DNA of 64,000 nt, taken from NCBI GenBank assembly GCA_017302795.1, contig JAFLCB010000010.1:34065-98064 (forward strand). The letters run 5' to 3'. The DNA comes from Deltaproteobacteria bacterium. Its GTDB lineage: Bacteria; Bdellovibrionota; Bdellovibrionia; Bdellovibrionales; JAMPXM01. The translations under genes and the position numbers were made by a program. Below, one piece after another: positions 19,814 through 29,680 of the stretch; the stretch's first letter is position 1, and every line of letters begins with the position of its first letter. The notes below the pieces were generated by a model that saw only the letters and a list, made by a program, of their open reading frames with translations, did no database searches and was not told the DNA's origin.

Positions 19814-21388
19814 ATGGCACAAGCATCAGAAAATTCGAAAAGTGGTTGGGATCAAAAAATCGAAGGTGGGTTTGTCGTCCTAGATTTTGGAAGTCAACTA
19901 ACGCAGTTGATCGCAAGGCGATTACGAGAACTTCATTATTACTCAGAACTTTTGCCTTTCAATACACCGATCGAAGAGATTGCGAAACGAAAGCCCAAGG
20001 GGATTATTCTTTCAGGCGGCCCATCGTCGGTTCACGAAGATGGAAGTCCGAAAGCTGATGTTAAAGCTTTGCGGGAAATAGCACCGCTTTTGGGAATCTG
20101 CTACGGCATGCAGCTAATCGCGCAAGAGCTTGGTGGCAAAGTCGAAGCGGCCAGCAGTAGAGAGTACGGACACAGCTATGTATCGTGGAGCCAAGCTCTT
20201 GCACCAAAGGTACCGGTTTCACAAAAAGTTTGGATGAGCCACGGGGATGTTGTTCGTGTGCCACCACCGGGATTTAAAATTGTTGGCAAAAGCGATTCGG
20301 ATCATGCCGCGGCAATGCGCGGTGATCGCGTCTGGGCTGTGCAGTTTCATCCCGAAGTCGCACACACGGATCATGGAATCGAAATTTTGCGTGAATTTGC
20401 TTTCGAGTTCTGCAAAGCGACTCCGGCTTGGAGTTCAGTTTCGATCGTCGAGCATCTTATAACAGGCATTCGCGAACGTGTTGGTCCAAAAGATAAGGTA
20501 CTTTGTGGGCTGTCGGGCGGCGTTGATTCGTCGGTTGTCGCAGCTCTTTTGACGAGAGCGCTTGAGCCGAACCGCGTCCACTGCGTTTTCGTTAACAATG
20601 GACTGCTTAGAAAAAATGAATACGATGAGGTCTTGCGTCAGTACAAACTCATAGGCCTCAATGTCACGGGCGTTGACGCAGAAGACGATTTTTTAGATGC
20701 GTTAAAAGATCTCGACGATCCAGAGGCGAAACGGAAAGCGATCGGCAGGGTTTTTATTGATGTCTTCGTCGAAGCCGCAAAGAAAACGGGCAACTCCTAC
20801 GAATGGCTGGCGCAAGGAACGCTTTATCCAGACGTGATCGAAAGTGTTTCGCCCCGTGGAGCGTCAGTAACAATCAAATCCCACCACAACGTGGGCGGTT
20901 TGCCAGAAAAAATGAACATGAAGCTCGTCGAACCTCTTCGGGAGCTTTTTAAAGATGAGGTTCGTCAAATTGGGCGCGAGTTAGATCTCCCGCAAGACAT
21001 ATTGGGTCGTCATCCGTTCCCAGGTCCAGGGCTTGCGATTCGCTGCATGGGCGATGTTACAAGAGAAAAGCTGAACGTAATCAGAGATGCAGACGCTATT
21101 TTTATTTCAGCACTTCGAGAAAAGGGACTATACGATAAAATTTGGCAGGCGTTCTGCGTTTTGCTTCCAGTTCGCACAGTCGGGGTCCAGGGTGATGCCA
21201 GGACCTATGATCGTGTTCTCGCGTTGCGCGCTGTTACATCCTCGGATGGAATGACGGCCGATTGGTATCCATTTGAGTTTCAATTTTTACGCGAGGTATC
21301 GAATCGCATCACAAACCAGGTCAAAGGTGTGAATAGAGTCGTCTATGACGTGACGTCAAAGCCTCCTGGCACGATAGAATGGGAATAA
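19814..21388 (+). CDS. guaA: GMP synthase (glutamine-hydrolysing)
   Basis: 524 aa. GATase motif GICYGMQL, PP-loop SGGVDSSV, C-terminus ...GTIEWE. Confidence 0.97.
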   Translation: MAQASENSKSGWDQKIEGGFVVLDFGSQLTQLIARRLRELHYYSELLPFNTPIEEIAKRKPKGIILSGGPSSVHEDGSPKADVKALREIAPLLGICYGMQLIAQELGGKVEAASSREYGHSYVSWSQALAPKVPVSQKVWMSHGDVVRVPPPGFKIVGKSDSDHAAAMRGDRVWAVQFHPEVAHTDHGIEILREFAFEFCKATPAWSSVSIVEHLITGIRERVGPKDKVLCGLSGGVDSSVVAALLTRALEPNRVHCVFVNNGLLRKNEYDEVLRQYKLIGLNVTGVDAEDDFLDALKDLDDPEAKRKAIGRVFIDVFVEAAKKTGNSYEWLAQGTLYPDVIESVSPRGASVTIKSHHNVGGLPEKMNMKLVEPLRELFKDEVRQIGRELDLPQDILGRHPFPGPGLAIRCMGDVTREKLNVIRDADAIFISALREKGLYDKIWQAFCVLLPVRTVGVQGDARTYDRVLALRAVTSSDGMTADWYPFEFQFLREVSNRITNQVKGVNRVVYDVTSKPPGTIEWE

Positions 21389-21428
21389 CTTTTTCCGTCA
21401 CCTTTTATGAGTGGCAGAGGTTATTCAA

Positions 21429-21770
21429 ATGAAAGTTTCTAATTTTGTATTGGCAGCGTTATCGGCGGCTCTGATGACTTCGGCCGCTTTCGCTCAAGAC
21501 GCGGCTACGCCTGCTGCTGGTGGACCTGCAGCAGGTGGTGATTTTAGTTCTCGCAAAGCTGAAGTTATTGCGCACATGGACACGCGCATTGCTGCAATCA
21601 ATGAGGCGAAAGCTTGTGTATCGACTGCGGCTGATAAAGAGGCCATGAAGAAGTGTCATGAGGGCCTCAAAGAAGATCGTATGGCCATGAAAATGGAGCA
21701 TATGGAAAAGAAAATGAACCGCATGGAGATGCGCAAACAAAAGCTCGAAGCAAAAAAGAACGCGCCATAG
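21429..21770 (+). CDS. small periplasmic Met/Lys-rich protein
   Basis: GAGG lies 8 nt before the ATG at 21429. Signal peptide ending AFAQD. The C-terminus is MAMKMEHMEKKMNRMEMRKQ. Confidence 0.6.
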   Translation: MKVSNFVLAALSAALMTSAAFAQDAATPAAGGPAAGGDFSSRKAEVIAHMDTRIAAINEAKACVSTAADKEAMKKCHEGLKEDRMAMKMEHMEKKMNRMEMRKQKLEAKKNAP

Positions 21771-21803
21771 TAAAAACGATGAGTTATGCGTTATCCCGTA
21801 AAA

Positions 21804-21835
21804 TAAAAAACCGAGCCCGAGAGCTCGGTTTTTAT
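21804..21835. terminator. bidirectional rho-independent terminator
   Basis: AAAAAA-CCGAGC-ccgaga-GCTCGG-TTTTT lies between convergent genes, with A/T runs on both sides. Confidence 0.85.
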
Positions 21836-21853
21836 TTCTCGCAATGAGGGAGC

Positions 21854-22354
21854 TTACTTTTTAGACTTTTCGACGCTTGCTGGTTTACGTCCTTGAGCGA
21901 GGTCTTCGATCGTCACTGGTGACGGTGATTTTCCGGGTGCAGTGTACAAAAACGGAGGTACATCAGCGACTGGGCAACCAGTCAACATTGCGACGTTTGC
22001 GAAAACGCGAGAACCGGTGCGAACGTAGATGTAAGCAAGATCTTGATTTTTTCCGTTTACTTTAACTTCGCGGTACGCCGGTTTTCCAGCCGAACCGTTG
22101 TAGACATCGTTCCCCATTTTCGCGAAATCAATTTGCGAATCTTCAACTTTTTGGACGGTTCCTGGTTTCTCACCACAAGGGGCGCAAAATTCAACGAACT
22201 CAGCATCTGGATTCAAAAGTTTTTTTGCTGATTTCACGACGTACTTGTCGCCATTTTCAATCCAAGCGCATTGATCGGCATTTGCTGTTGAGATCTGCAA
22301 AGTGACTGACGCTGCGATTAGTAACAACGAGATCTTTATAGAATTTTGAGTCAT
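21854..22354 (-). CDS. hypothetical secreted protein
   Basis: 166 aa. AAGAGGA RBS and a signal peptide (LLLIAASVTLQISTANA). Contains Cys residues. No family recognised. Confidence 0.6.
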   Translation of the reverse strand: MTQNSIKISLLLIAASVTLQISTANADQCAWIENGDKYVVKSAKKLLNPDAEFVEFCAPCGEKPGTVQKVEDSQIDFAKMGNDVYNGSAGKPAYREVKVNGKNQDLAYIYVRTGSRVFANVAMLTGCPVADVPPFLYTAPGKSPSPVTIEDLAQGRKPASVEKSKK

Positions 22355-22627
22355 TGGTTTTCATCCTCTTAAGCTATTTTGCCTTCCGATATTATGGTTG
22401 AGATTTTTCAAAAACAGTAGCCGAGCGAGGTCCGGAATTATCAAAACTGGTTCTGCCTGATCGGGTGTCTTGAAGACGGTGACTGGGCATCCTCTCTGGT
22501 CGATAATGCACCGAGCAAAATACAGGAAATACGGTCGCTTAACGCAAGGCAGTTGAGGCTTCAAATGATCACTGACCTTGTGCCAATAGTCGTTCCGAAA
22601 CCTGCCGAACCAAGCTAGATTCGCGAG

Positions 22628-25600
22628 ATGTCCTTTGTTCATCTACACGTGCACTCGCAGTATTCGCTTTTGGAATCCACGATTCGGATTAAAAAGCTTT
22701 GCGAACGAGCGCAGAAATTAGAAATGCCAGCTGTCGCACTTACTGATAGCGGCAACCTTTTCGGTGCGGCCGAGTTTTATTTCACTGCCAAAGATTACGA
22801 TGTAAAGCCGCTGATTGGTCTTGATGCGTATATCGCGCCAAAGGGGCGAACGGTAAAGGGCGAGGATCGCGACGCGGCTCAAATGCCCAATCGACGAATT
22901 GTGCTTTTGGCTCAGAATCACAAGGGGTACCAAAACCTCTGTAAGCTTTCGTCCATCGGATATCAGGAAGGATTTTACTACAAGCCTCGACTTGATTGGG
23001 ATGTCATCAAAGAATATAGCGAAAATTTGATTGCTTTGACCGGCGGATCAATGGGCGAAGCCGCCTACGCTTTCACCCGGTTTGGCGCCGACGCCGCCCT
23101 TCAAAAGATTCGCGACATGAAGGAAGTTTTCGGCGATCGCTTGTATTTGGAACTCAACCGCACTGGCACTCCGGAATGGAATGAAGTTGTTCCCTTTCTG
23201 GTTGAAGCTTCAAAAATTACGGGCGTGCCGCTGGTAGCGGCCAACAACATCCATTACCTAGATCAAGCTGATCAAATTGGCCAAGAAGTTTTGATTTGTA
23301 TTGGATCCAACAAAACGCTTCACGACGAAAGTCGCTATCGTCTAGGAAGCGATCAGTTCTATTTCAAAACGCCGGGCGAGATGAAGGCGCTCTTCAAAGA
23401 CCTCCCTGAAGCTTGTTCGCGAACACTCGAAGTTGCTGAGCGCTGTGATGTTAAATTTAAAATCAAAGATGAAGCTGGAAAAGCGATTTACCATCTTCCG
23501 TATTTTACGAGTGATGACGGTCAGGCACCGTCGGATCTGATCTTAAAAATGACAGAAGAAGGTCTCAAAGAGCGGTTTCTGGAAGCGGAGAAAATCGGAA
23601 CGCCTGTCCCCGAAGAAAAGAAACCTGAATATCACAAGCGAATGGCTTACGAGCTTGGCGTCATCGATAAGATGGGATTCACATCCTATTTTCTGATCGT
23701 CCAGGACTTTATCAATTGGGCGAAAAATAACGGGATTCCGGTTGGACCTGGGCGAGGCTCGGGTGCTGGGTCGCTTGTGGCTTATTGTTTAAGAATTACG
23801 GATTTGGATCCAGTTCCATACTCGCTTCTTTTCGAAAGGTTTTTAAATCCTGAACGGATTTCGATGCCCGACTTTGACATCGATTTCTGTCAAGACCGTC
23901 GCCAAGAGGTCATTCAGTACGTCACCAAGCGTTACGGCGACGAGAATGTTTCGCAGATTATTACTTACGGAAAACTACAAACTCGTGCCGCCATCAAAGA
24001 TGTGGGCCGAGTTTTGGGAATGACTTTTGCCGAAGTTGACGTCATCACAAAGCTGATACCTGAAAAGCTTGGCATCACGATTGATGAAGCGATCGCAGAT
24101 GAGCCGCGCCTTCGAGAGCAAATTGATCAGAACCCACAAATTGCGAACCTGATTGATCTTGCCAAAAAAATTGAAGGTCTAGTTCGAAACGCCGGCATTC
24201 ATGCCGCCGGAGTTGTAATCGGCGATGCGCCACTTGTCACCTATGCACCGATGTACAGAGGTGCTGCCGACGAACGCGTTGTTCAATATGACATGAAGTG
24301 GGCCGAGAAAATTGGCCTCATAAAGTTCGACTTTCTTGGATTAAAGACCCTGACTCATATCAAAAACTGCCTGGATTTGATTCGCGAAAATCGATCAAAA
24401 ACTATTACCTCGCGAGAAATTCCAATTCATGATCCTGGGATTTATGAATTGATGTCCAAGGGCGATCTCCTAGGAGTTTTCCAGTTTGAAGGTGATGGAA
24501 TCACCGGCGCAGTGAAATCCATAAAGCCAAATTGCTTTGAAGACATCACCGCGATCAACGCACTTTATCGACCTGGTCCGATGGATATGATTCCTGACTA
24601 CACAAGAAAAATGCACGGCGAAGAAGAGGTTGAATACCTTTTCCCAGAGCTCGAGCCAATTTTAAAGGAGACTTACGGGATCATCGTTTACCAAGAGCAG
24701 GTAATGGCGATTGCATCTAGGATCGCCAGCTACACTCTCGGCGAAGCCGATTTGCTTCGTCGAGCGATGGGAAAGAAAATCGCAGCCGAAATGATGCAGC
24801 AAAAAGAGCGCTTCATGAACGGTGCGGCGAAGAATGGATTCGACGCAAAAAAGGCTGATGAGCTTTTCGAGTTGATGGCAAAATTCGCCAACTACGGATT
24901 TAACAAATCTCATGCGGCTGCCTACTGTGTTGTCAGTGCACAGACGGCGTGGTTGAAACGATATTATCCGGTTGAATTTTACGCGGCACTTTTGTCGACG
25001 GAAATGTCGAATACAGATAACATCGTACGATACGTCAAAAATGCTCAATCGCGGGGAATAGAAGTTCGTCCTCCCCACGTCAACCACTCGGAATATAAGT
25101 TCACCGTCAAAGGAGATACGATATTCTTTTCTCTTGGCGCTATTAAAGGCGTAGGCGAGGGTGCTGTGGATGCCATCGTGCAAGCACGAAACACTGCTGG
25201 CGGTAAATTTAATTCCCTGGAGCAATTTTTTGAATCTGTCGACATTAAAAAGATCAATAAAAAAGTAGTTGAGTGTTTAATCAAAGCCGGCGCTTTCGAA
25301 GGCTTTGGATATCACCAAGCTCAGCTGATGGACGGTTATGAACGATTCTTTAAGCGTGCCGAAGGCGCGCGCAGAGACCGCGAAGTAGGACAAGGTTCCT
25401 TATTCTCGATGCTCGAAACAAATGAAGCCGGCGAGAATTCAGAAAAAGTCGTCCTTGAAAATCGCAGGCAGTGGCCCCGCGCTCTGAAGCTTCAAAATGA
25501 AAAGGAAGTTTTGGGTTTTTACCTGAGTGACCACCCATTGACAGGCTTGGATAAGCTATTCCGGATCTGGGTCACCCGAGAAATCGCAGGTCTTGCGCAA

Positions 25601-26140
25601 GAACCCCCAGATAAGCGCGTGGTGGTCGCAGGACTGGTGACAAGTTTCCGCGAGATCATAAGTAAAAAAGGCGCCAGGATGGCGTTTGCTAGTCTTGAAG
25701 ACTTAACCGGTCAAATTGAACTCATTGTTTTTCCGGAAGCCTACGTTAAGGGCGAAATTGCTTTGAAAGGTGACCAACCATTGCTCGTGGGTGGTCAGCT
25801 AAAAAAGGAAAATGATTCGCTTAAAATTTTGGTAGATCGAGTTGCTCCACTCGAAGACGTTTTGGCGAAATCGAAAGCCATTACATTTAAAATCGATTCT
25901 ACAATGACGGATAAACTTCCAGAGTTGCAAAATTTGATGGCGAGATTTCCTGGATCTACAGGAGTGGAGTTACAGATGGAAATCGACGTTGAACTTAGCG
26001 AAAAACAAGGTTCGAATCCCATAAAGAAGATGGTCACAATGGAAGTAGAAGAACCTAAGGGAATCCAAGTAACCAACGCCTTCTTTGAAGATTTGCATGG
26101 GCTTTTTGGACAAACGGATTTTGTCGAAATTCGAGGCTAA
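22628..26140 (+). CDS. dnaE: DNA polymerase III alpha subunit
   Basis: 1170 aa. PHP domain FVHLHVHSQYSLLES, palm segment GPGRGSGAGSLVAYCLRITDLDP, and an OB-fold C-terminus. Confidence 0.97.
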   Translation: MSFVHLHVHSQYSLLESTIRIKKLCERAQKLEMPAVALTDSGNLFGAAEFYFTAKDYDVKPLIGLDAYIAPKGRTVKGEDRDAAQMPNRRIVLLAQNHKGYQNLCKLSSIGYQEGFYYKPRLDWDVIKEYSENLIALTGGSMGEAAYAFTRFGADAALQKIRDMKEVFGDRLYLELNRTGTPEWNEVVPFLVEASKITGVPLVAANNIHYLDQADQIGQEVLICIGSNKTLHDESRYRLGSDQFYFKTPGEMKALFKDLPEACSRTLEVAERCDVKFKIKDEAGKAIYHLPYFTSDDGQAPSDLILKMTEEGLKERFLEAEKIGTPVPEEKKPEYHKRMAYELGVIDKMGFTSYFLIVQDFINWAKNNGIPVGPGRGSGAGSLVAYCLRITDLDPVPYSLLFERFLNPERISMPDFDIDFCQDRRQEVIQYVTKRYGDENVSQIITYGKLQTRAAIKDVGRVLGMTFAEVDVITKLIPEKLGITIDEAIADEPRLREQIDQNPQIANLIDLAKKIEGLVRNAGIHAAGVVIGDAPLVTYAPMYRGAADERVVQYDMKWAEKIGLIKFDFLGLKTLTHIKNCLDLIRENRSKTITSREIPIHDPGIYELMSKGDLLGVFQFEGDGITGAVKSIKPNCFEDITAINALYRPGPMDMIPDYTRKMHGEEEVEYLFPELEPILKETYGIIVYQEQVMAIASRIASYTLGEADLLRRAMGKKIAAEMMQQKERFMNGAAKNGFDAKKADELFELMAKFANYGFNKSHAAAYCVVSAQTAWLKRYYPVEFYAALLSTEMSNTDNIVRYVKNAQSRGIEVRPPHVNHSEYKFTVKGDTIFFSLGAIKGVGEGAVDAIVQARNTAGGKFNSLEQFFESVDIKKINKKVVECLIKAGAFEGFGYHQAQLMDGYERFFKRAEGARRDREVGQGSLFSMLETNEAGENSEKVVLENRRQWPRALKLQNEKEVLGFYLSDHPLTGLDKLFRIWVTREIAGLAQEPPDKRVVVAGLVTSFREIISKKGARMAFASLEDLTGQIELIVFPEAYVKGEIALKGDQPLLVGGQLKKENDSLKILVDRVAPLEDVLAKSKAITFKIDSTMTDKLPELQNLMARFPGSTGVELQMEIDVELSEKQGSNPIKKMVTMEVEEPKGIQVTNAFFEDLHGLFGQTDFVEIRG

Positions 26141-26142
26141 CA

Positions 26143-27381
26143 GTGAAACATAATTTCTTTGCTACATTCTTAACTTGCCTCACATGTCTAACGATCTGCG
26201 CTAGCTCAATGGCTCAAGACATTGAAGACGAACTGCTAACAATCACCGAGGAAGGGACCTCGAAAGCGACCTCACAAGTGGAAGCAGCTCGCGAAATCCA
26301 AGCAAAAGCTGTCAGCGGCTCGGCGCGAGATCAAGTGATCGAAATCATCGGCGAAAAACGCTACGCAAAAAATCGAGCCTTGGTGGAAAATCGCATTGTC
26401 CGAGAAGCGGCTAAGTTCATTCCGTTTGTTCAACCCCACGACGTTCAAAAACAGTCCGACGGTTCTTGGAAGATGAAGGTCGATCTCAAGGTTTCAATCG
26501 GTAGCCTTAGGAAAATGGTTATCGACACAGGCCTATTAACCGACGCAGACACTCCAGTGACGATGCTCCCTATGATTACTTTCACCGATCGATTTAAATC
26601 GGTCAGCTTTCGGTGGTGGATGGGTGATTCGCAGGACGAAATTCGAAAAACAATCGTTGATTGGTCGAGAGCTTTTGATTCTGGTTTGCACAAAGAACTT
26701 ATGCGTCAAGGTTTTCACCTGTTGCTGCCGCTAGATGAAACCATTTCGAACCAAATTCCACTGGTATTCAGAACAGACCGCGCTTCGGGTCAGGATTTGA
26801 AAGCGCTGGGCGACTATCTTGGAATATCGATGATCGTCCGAGGCGACGTTCGTATCAAGGACTCTAAAGACGTCCCAGGATCTTGGCAAATTCAGATCAA
26901 GCTTGAGGTTCTTCCGGTTCAGGGCGGGCGTACAGTCGCCGAAATTAGTCGCACACTTGATACGGACGTCGGCCCAGCTGCAATCGTTGTTAAAAAGACA
27001 ATTGAAAAAGAAATTGCCGATATCTCGAAGGATCTTGCCACACAAGTTTTTGAAGCTTGGACCCGAGGAACGCTTGCGGCCACCACACTCCGCCTAGCAG
27101 TGAGAGGTAATTTGTCTCCACGGCAGCTCTCCGAGTTTCGGAGTCAGCTAATGAAAGCTAAGGCGATGCGCGATATAAAAGCGATGCGTGAACGCATGTT
27201 CGAACCTGGTCGAGTCGTTTACGAGGTGGACTACGCCGCTTCGGCGGAAGAGTTTCGCGATAAACTGAAGGCTTTGGAGTTCGCGGGATTTCACAGCAAA
27301 CACGTTGTGGATAGTGAACTGGGAGAGGCTGACGGAATCACTGTGCCTTACACTTTAGAAGTAAAGGCGAAGAGCCTCTAG
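26143..27381 (+). CDS. hypothetical secreted envelope protein
   Basis: GTG start 3 nt after the dnaE stop. 412 aa with an N-terminal signal sequence. No family recognised. Confidence 0.6.
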   Translation: MKHNFFATFLTCLTCLTICASSMAQDIEDELLTITEEGTSKATSQVEAAREIQAKAVSGSARDQVIEIIGEKRYAKNRALVENRIVREAAKFIPFVQPHDVQKQSDGSWKMKVDLKVSIGSLRKMVIDTGLLTDADTPVTMLPMITFTDRFKSVSFRWWMGDSQDEIRKTIVDWSRAFDSGLHKELMRQGFHLLLPLDETISNQIPLVFRTDRASGQDLKALGDYLGISMIVRGDVRIKDSKDVPGSWQIQIKLEVLPVQGGRTVAEISRTLDTDVGPAAIVVKKTIEKEIADISKDLATQVFEAWTRGTLAATTLRLAVRGNLSPRQLSEFRSQLMKAKAMRDIKAMRERMFEPGRVVYEVDYAASAEEFRDKLKALEFAGFHSKHVVDSELGEADGITVPYTLEVKAKSL

Positions 27382-27445
27382 ACATAAGTCGAACCCGGAC
27401 CTCGAGTTTCAGACGAGAATTCTAGCGTCAGGTTATTATTAACAA

Positions 27446-28408
27446 ATGGAAATCAAAATTAAATCCATCCTAGCAATCATTGGCTTGATCGCGGTTTTTA
27501 GCACGGGATGCTCGTTGATTGGCGCGAATCGCCAAGTGGGAATACAAAAATCGGCGGCGCCAGAGGTCAGAGACGTACCGTTTGAGGCCCGGGAAACGAA
27601 GGAAGCCCCGTTGCGAAAGCGGGTCCTTGTTCTACCATTTATCGATGGTGGACAGACGCAATCGGATGCAGCGAGTATGGTTGCGCGAGAGACTTTTCTG
27701 AAGCTTTTGCGGAAGACGGATGAGTTCGTGGTAGTCGCTAACTCCGATTTTCCTAAAGATGTTAACGCGTTTTTAAAAGGACCAGAGTATGACCTCGAAG
27801 CCATGGCAAAAATCGCATCGGGCATGGGGATTTCTGCGATCATAGAAGGTCGCATTATTGAAGTTCGCGCGCGGCGGGTGGGCGATGAGGTCGGCCTAGT
27901 ACGGAAGGTTCGGGCCAGAATGAATGCTCGCGTGCAGATCCGCATGGTCAATACGCGAAACGGTAGCGTCATCCTCAATGAAAATCGGGAGGCCGAGACG
28001 GAAGAATCAACCACTCGCTTGGCTGAAAGATCAAACACCGATCGAGATCTCGAGGATGATCCAGTATTAATTCAGTCGGTCGTGAATCGCGCGTTTGTGG
28101 CGACGATCCCACGGATTGTGAACGCTGTCGAAAAGCTTTCCTGGGAGGGCCGCGTTGCACTTGTTAAAGGTGAGCGCGTTTACCTGAATGCAGGCCGCCT
28201 ATCGGGCCTTCAAGTGGGGGATATTTTGCGGATTTCTGAAGAGGGCGAAGACGTTCACGACCCGGAGACCGGAAACTACATTGGACGAGTTCCGGGGCGA
28301 TTAAAAGGTACTGTGGAAATTGTATCCTATTTTGGACGCGACGGAGCGATTGCGATCCTTCACTCGGGATCCGGCTTTCGCGAAAATGACCTCGTCGAGC
28401 TGTACTAA
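27446..28408 (+). CDS. lipoprotein, weak CsgG/LpoB-like alpha-beta periplasmic domain
   Basis: Lipobox FSTGCS. The VLVLPFIDGG...ISAIIEGRI pattern is typical of small periplasmic lipoprotein scaffolds. The family call is weak. Confidence 0.65.
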   Translation: MEIKIKSILAIIGLIAVFSTGCSLIGANRQVGIQKSAAPEVRDVPFEARETKEAPLRKRVLVLPFIDGGQTQSDAASMVARETFLKLLRKTDEFVVVANSDFPKDVNAFLKGPEYDLEAMAKIASGMGISAIIEGRIIEVRARRVGDEVGLVRKVRARMNARVQIRMVNTRNGSVILNENREAETEESTTRLAERSNTDRDLEDDPVLIQSVVNRAFVATIPRIVNAVEKLSWEGRVALVKGERVYLNAGRLSGLQVGDILRISEEGEDVHDPETGNYIGRVPGRLKGTVEIVSYFGRDGAIAILHSGSGFRENDLVELY

Positions 28409-28436
28409 TCTGCTTTAAGAAGCTATCTGTGGGTCA

Positions 28437-29099
28437 ATGTCGAACGAGCTTTTTCAGTCAGATTATTTGGGCCGCATCAGTTATGACGCTGGCCTGATAG
28501 CCCAAGAAGAAGCTCTGGCCGGGCTTGAGAAAAGTGGTAAATTAGCATTTATTTTGGGGCTCGAGCACGATCCGGTCATCACTCTCGGTGTTCGCGGAAA
28601 AAAAGAAGTCGATCTTTTGGAATCAGAAGCGCGAATACGAGAGCGCGGATTTTCTATTCGACAGATTCAACGCGGCGGACAAGCTACACTTCACGTTCCT
28701 GGCCAGCTGGTTATTTATCCGATTTGCGATCTTCGGAAATTGAAGCTAGGAGCCAGGGACTATGTTTGCGCCATCGAGAAGGCGACTGGTCGCTGGTTAA
28801 CGTCTTTAGGAGTTCAGTGGCAGCGGTCAGAAGTAGAACCTGGAATTTTTGTTGGCTCTGAAAAGCTGGTCGCCTTTGGCTTTAGAATCGCCCACGGCAA
28901 GTCCTCCCATGGTCTCGCAATCAATGTGACCAACTCACCAACAGATTTTAACCTGATTCGAACATGTGGCGTCGGGGGCCAACTTGCGACAAATTTAAAG
29001 GCTCAGGGAGCACCGACAGAGCTTCCAAAGTTGTTCGCCAGCTGGCTAGCGCAATTTTACCTAACTCTTGACGACCCGGCTTGCCGGGGATTAGCTTGA
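28437..29099 (+). CDS. lipB: lipoyl(octanoyl) transferase
   Basis: 220 aa. RGGQATLHVPGQLVIYP and KLVAFGFRIAHGKSSHGLAINV (catalytic Lys region). Confidence 0.9.
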   Translation: MSNELFQSDYLGRISYDAGLIAQEEALAGLEKSGKLAFILGLEHDPVITLGVRGKKEVDLLESEARIRERGFSIRQIQRGGQATLHVPGQLVIYPICDLRKLKLGARDYVCAIEKATGRWLTSLGVQWQRSEVEPGIFVGSEKLVAFGFRIAHGKSSHGLAINVTNSPTDFNLIRTCGVGGQLATNLKAQGAPTELPKLFASWLAQFYLTLDDPACRGLA

Positions 29100-29114
29100 A
29101 ACTTCTTTCGATTT

Positions 29115-29190
29115 GGTCGCTTGGCGCAGTTGGTAGCGCGTTTCCTTGACATGGAAGAGGTCGCAGGTTCGAGTCCTGCAGCGACCACCA
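29115..29190 (+). tRNA. tRNA-Val (anticodon GAC), CCA encoded
   Basis: Manual cloverleaf fold. Acceptor GGTCGCT pairs with AGCGACC; D stem GCGC/GCGC; anticodon stem TTTCC/GGAAG with loop TTGACAT; T arm GCAGG-TTCGAGT-CCTGC; ends in ACCA. Confidence 0.9.
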
Positions 29191-29263
29191 AATTCCCCCG
29201 ATTGAGTAATTTCAAATAATTACGGTGAGATCAAATAGCAGTCAATTTTATCGATACTGCTTA

Positions 29264-29680
29264 TCAATCACAGCAGTTCTTGTGAATAATAATTTTTTTT
29301 ACGAGCCGATCGTCATCAAGAAGAAAAACGATCTGCCAAGTATCTTCGGAGTGCGATTTGCCGATTTGAATGAGATAGGTTGGATAAGCGTCAGTAAAGT
29401 AGAAGCCATCAAAAGGGCCAAGCAATTCTCTTATCTCTAGCGCAGATTTTCCTTTGAATTGGTTTTCATGTTTCTGCAAAGATGAAGTCATTAAAGCGCG
29501 GATTTTTGTGTCGCCCGTTTTAAACTTGCTCGAATCAAATTCAACCGAACCCCACCGTTTCGCCGCGCCATCTGCGGTCATCGCAGATCCTCGCCAAAGT
29601 TTATCGGCGCCAAATGCCGAGGCTGAAAACACGCCCAAAATGATCGTTAATGCGAAAATGAATTTTATTTGAGTTTTCAA
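29264..29680 (-). CDS. hypothetical secreted protein
   Basis: 138 aa. Signal peptide (FALTIILGVFSASAFG) and C-terminus ...HKNCCD. No family recognised. Confidence 0.6.
   Translation of the reverse strand: MKTQIKFIFALTIILGVFSASAFGADKLWRGSAMTADGAAKRWGSVEFDSSKFKTGDTKIRALMTSSLQKHENQFKGKSALEIRELLGPFDGFYFTDAYPTYLIQIGKSHSEDTWQIVFLLDDDRLVKKIIIHKNCCD

Noticed and set aside
22361-22642. 93-aa minus-strand ORF between the 166-aa secreted protein gene and dnaE
   Set aside because: Its start would overlap the dnaE start head-to-head by 15 nt, its stop lies inside the RBS of the downstream gene, and it has no motif. This is more likely the dnaE promoter region.
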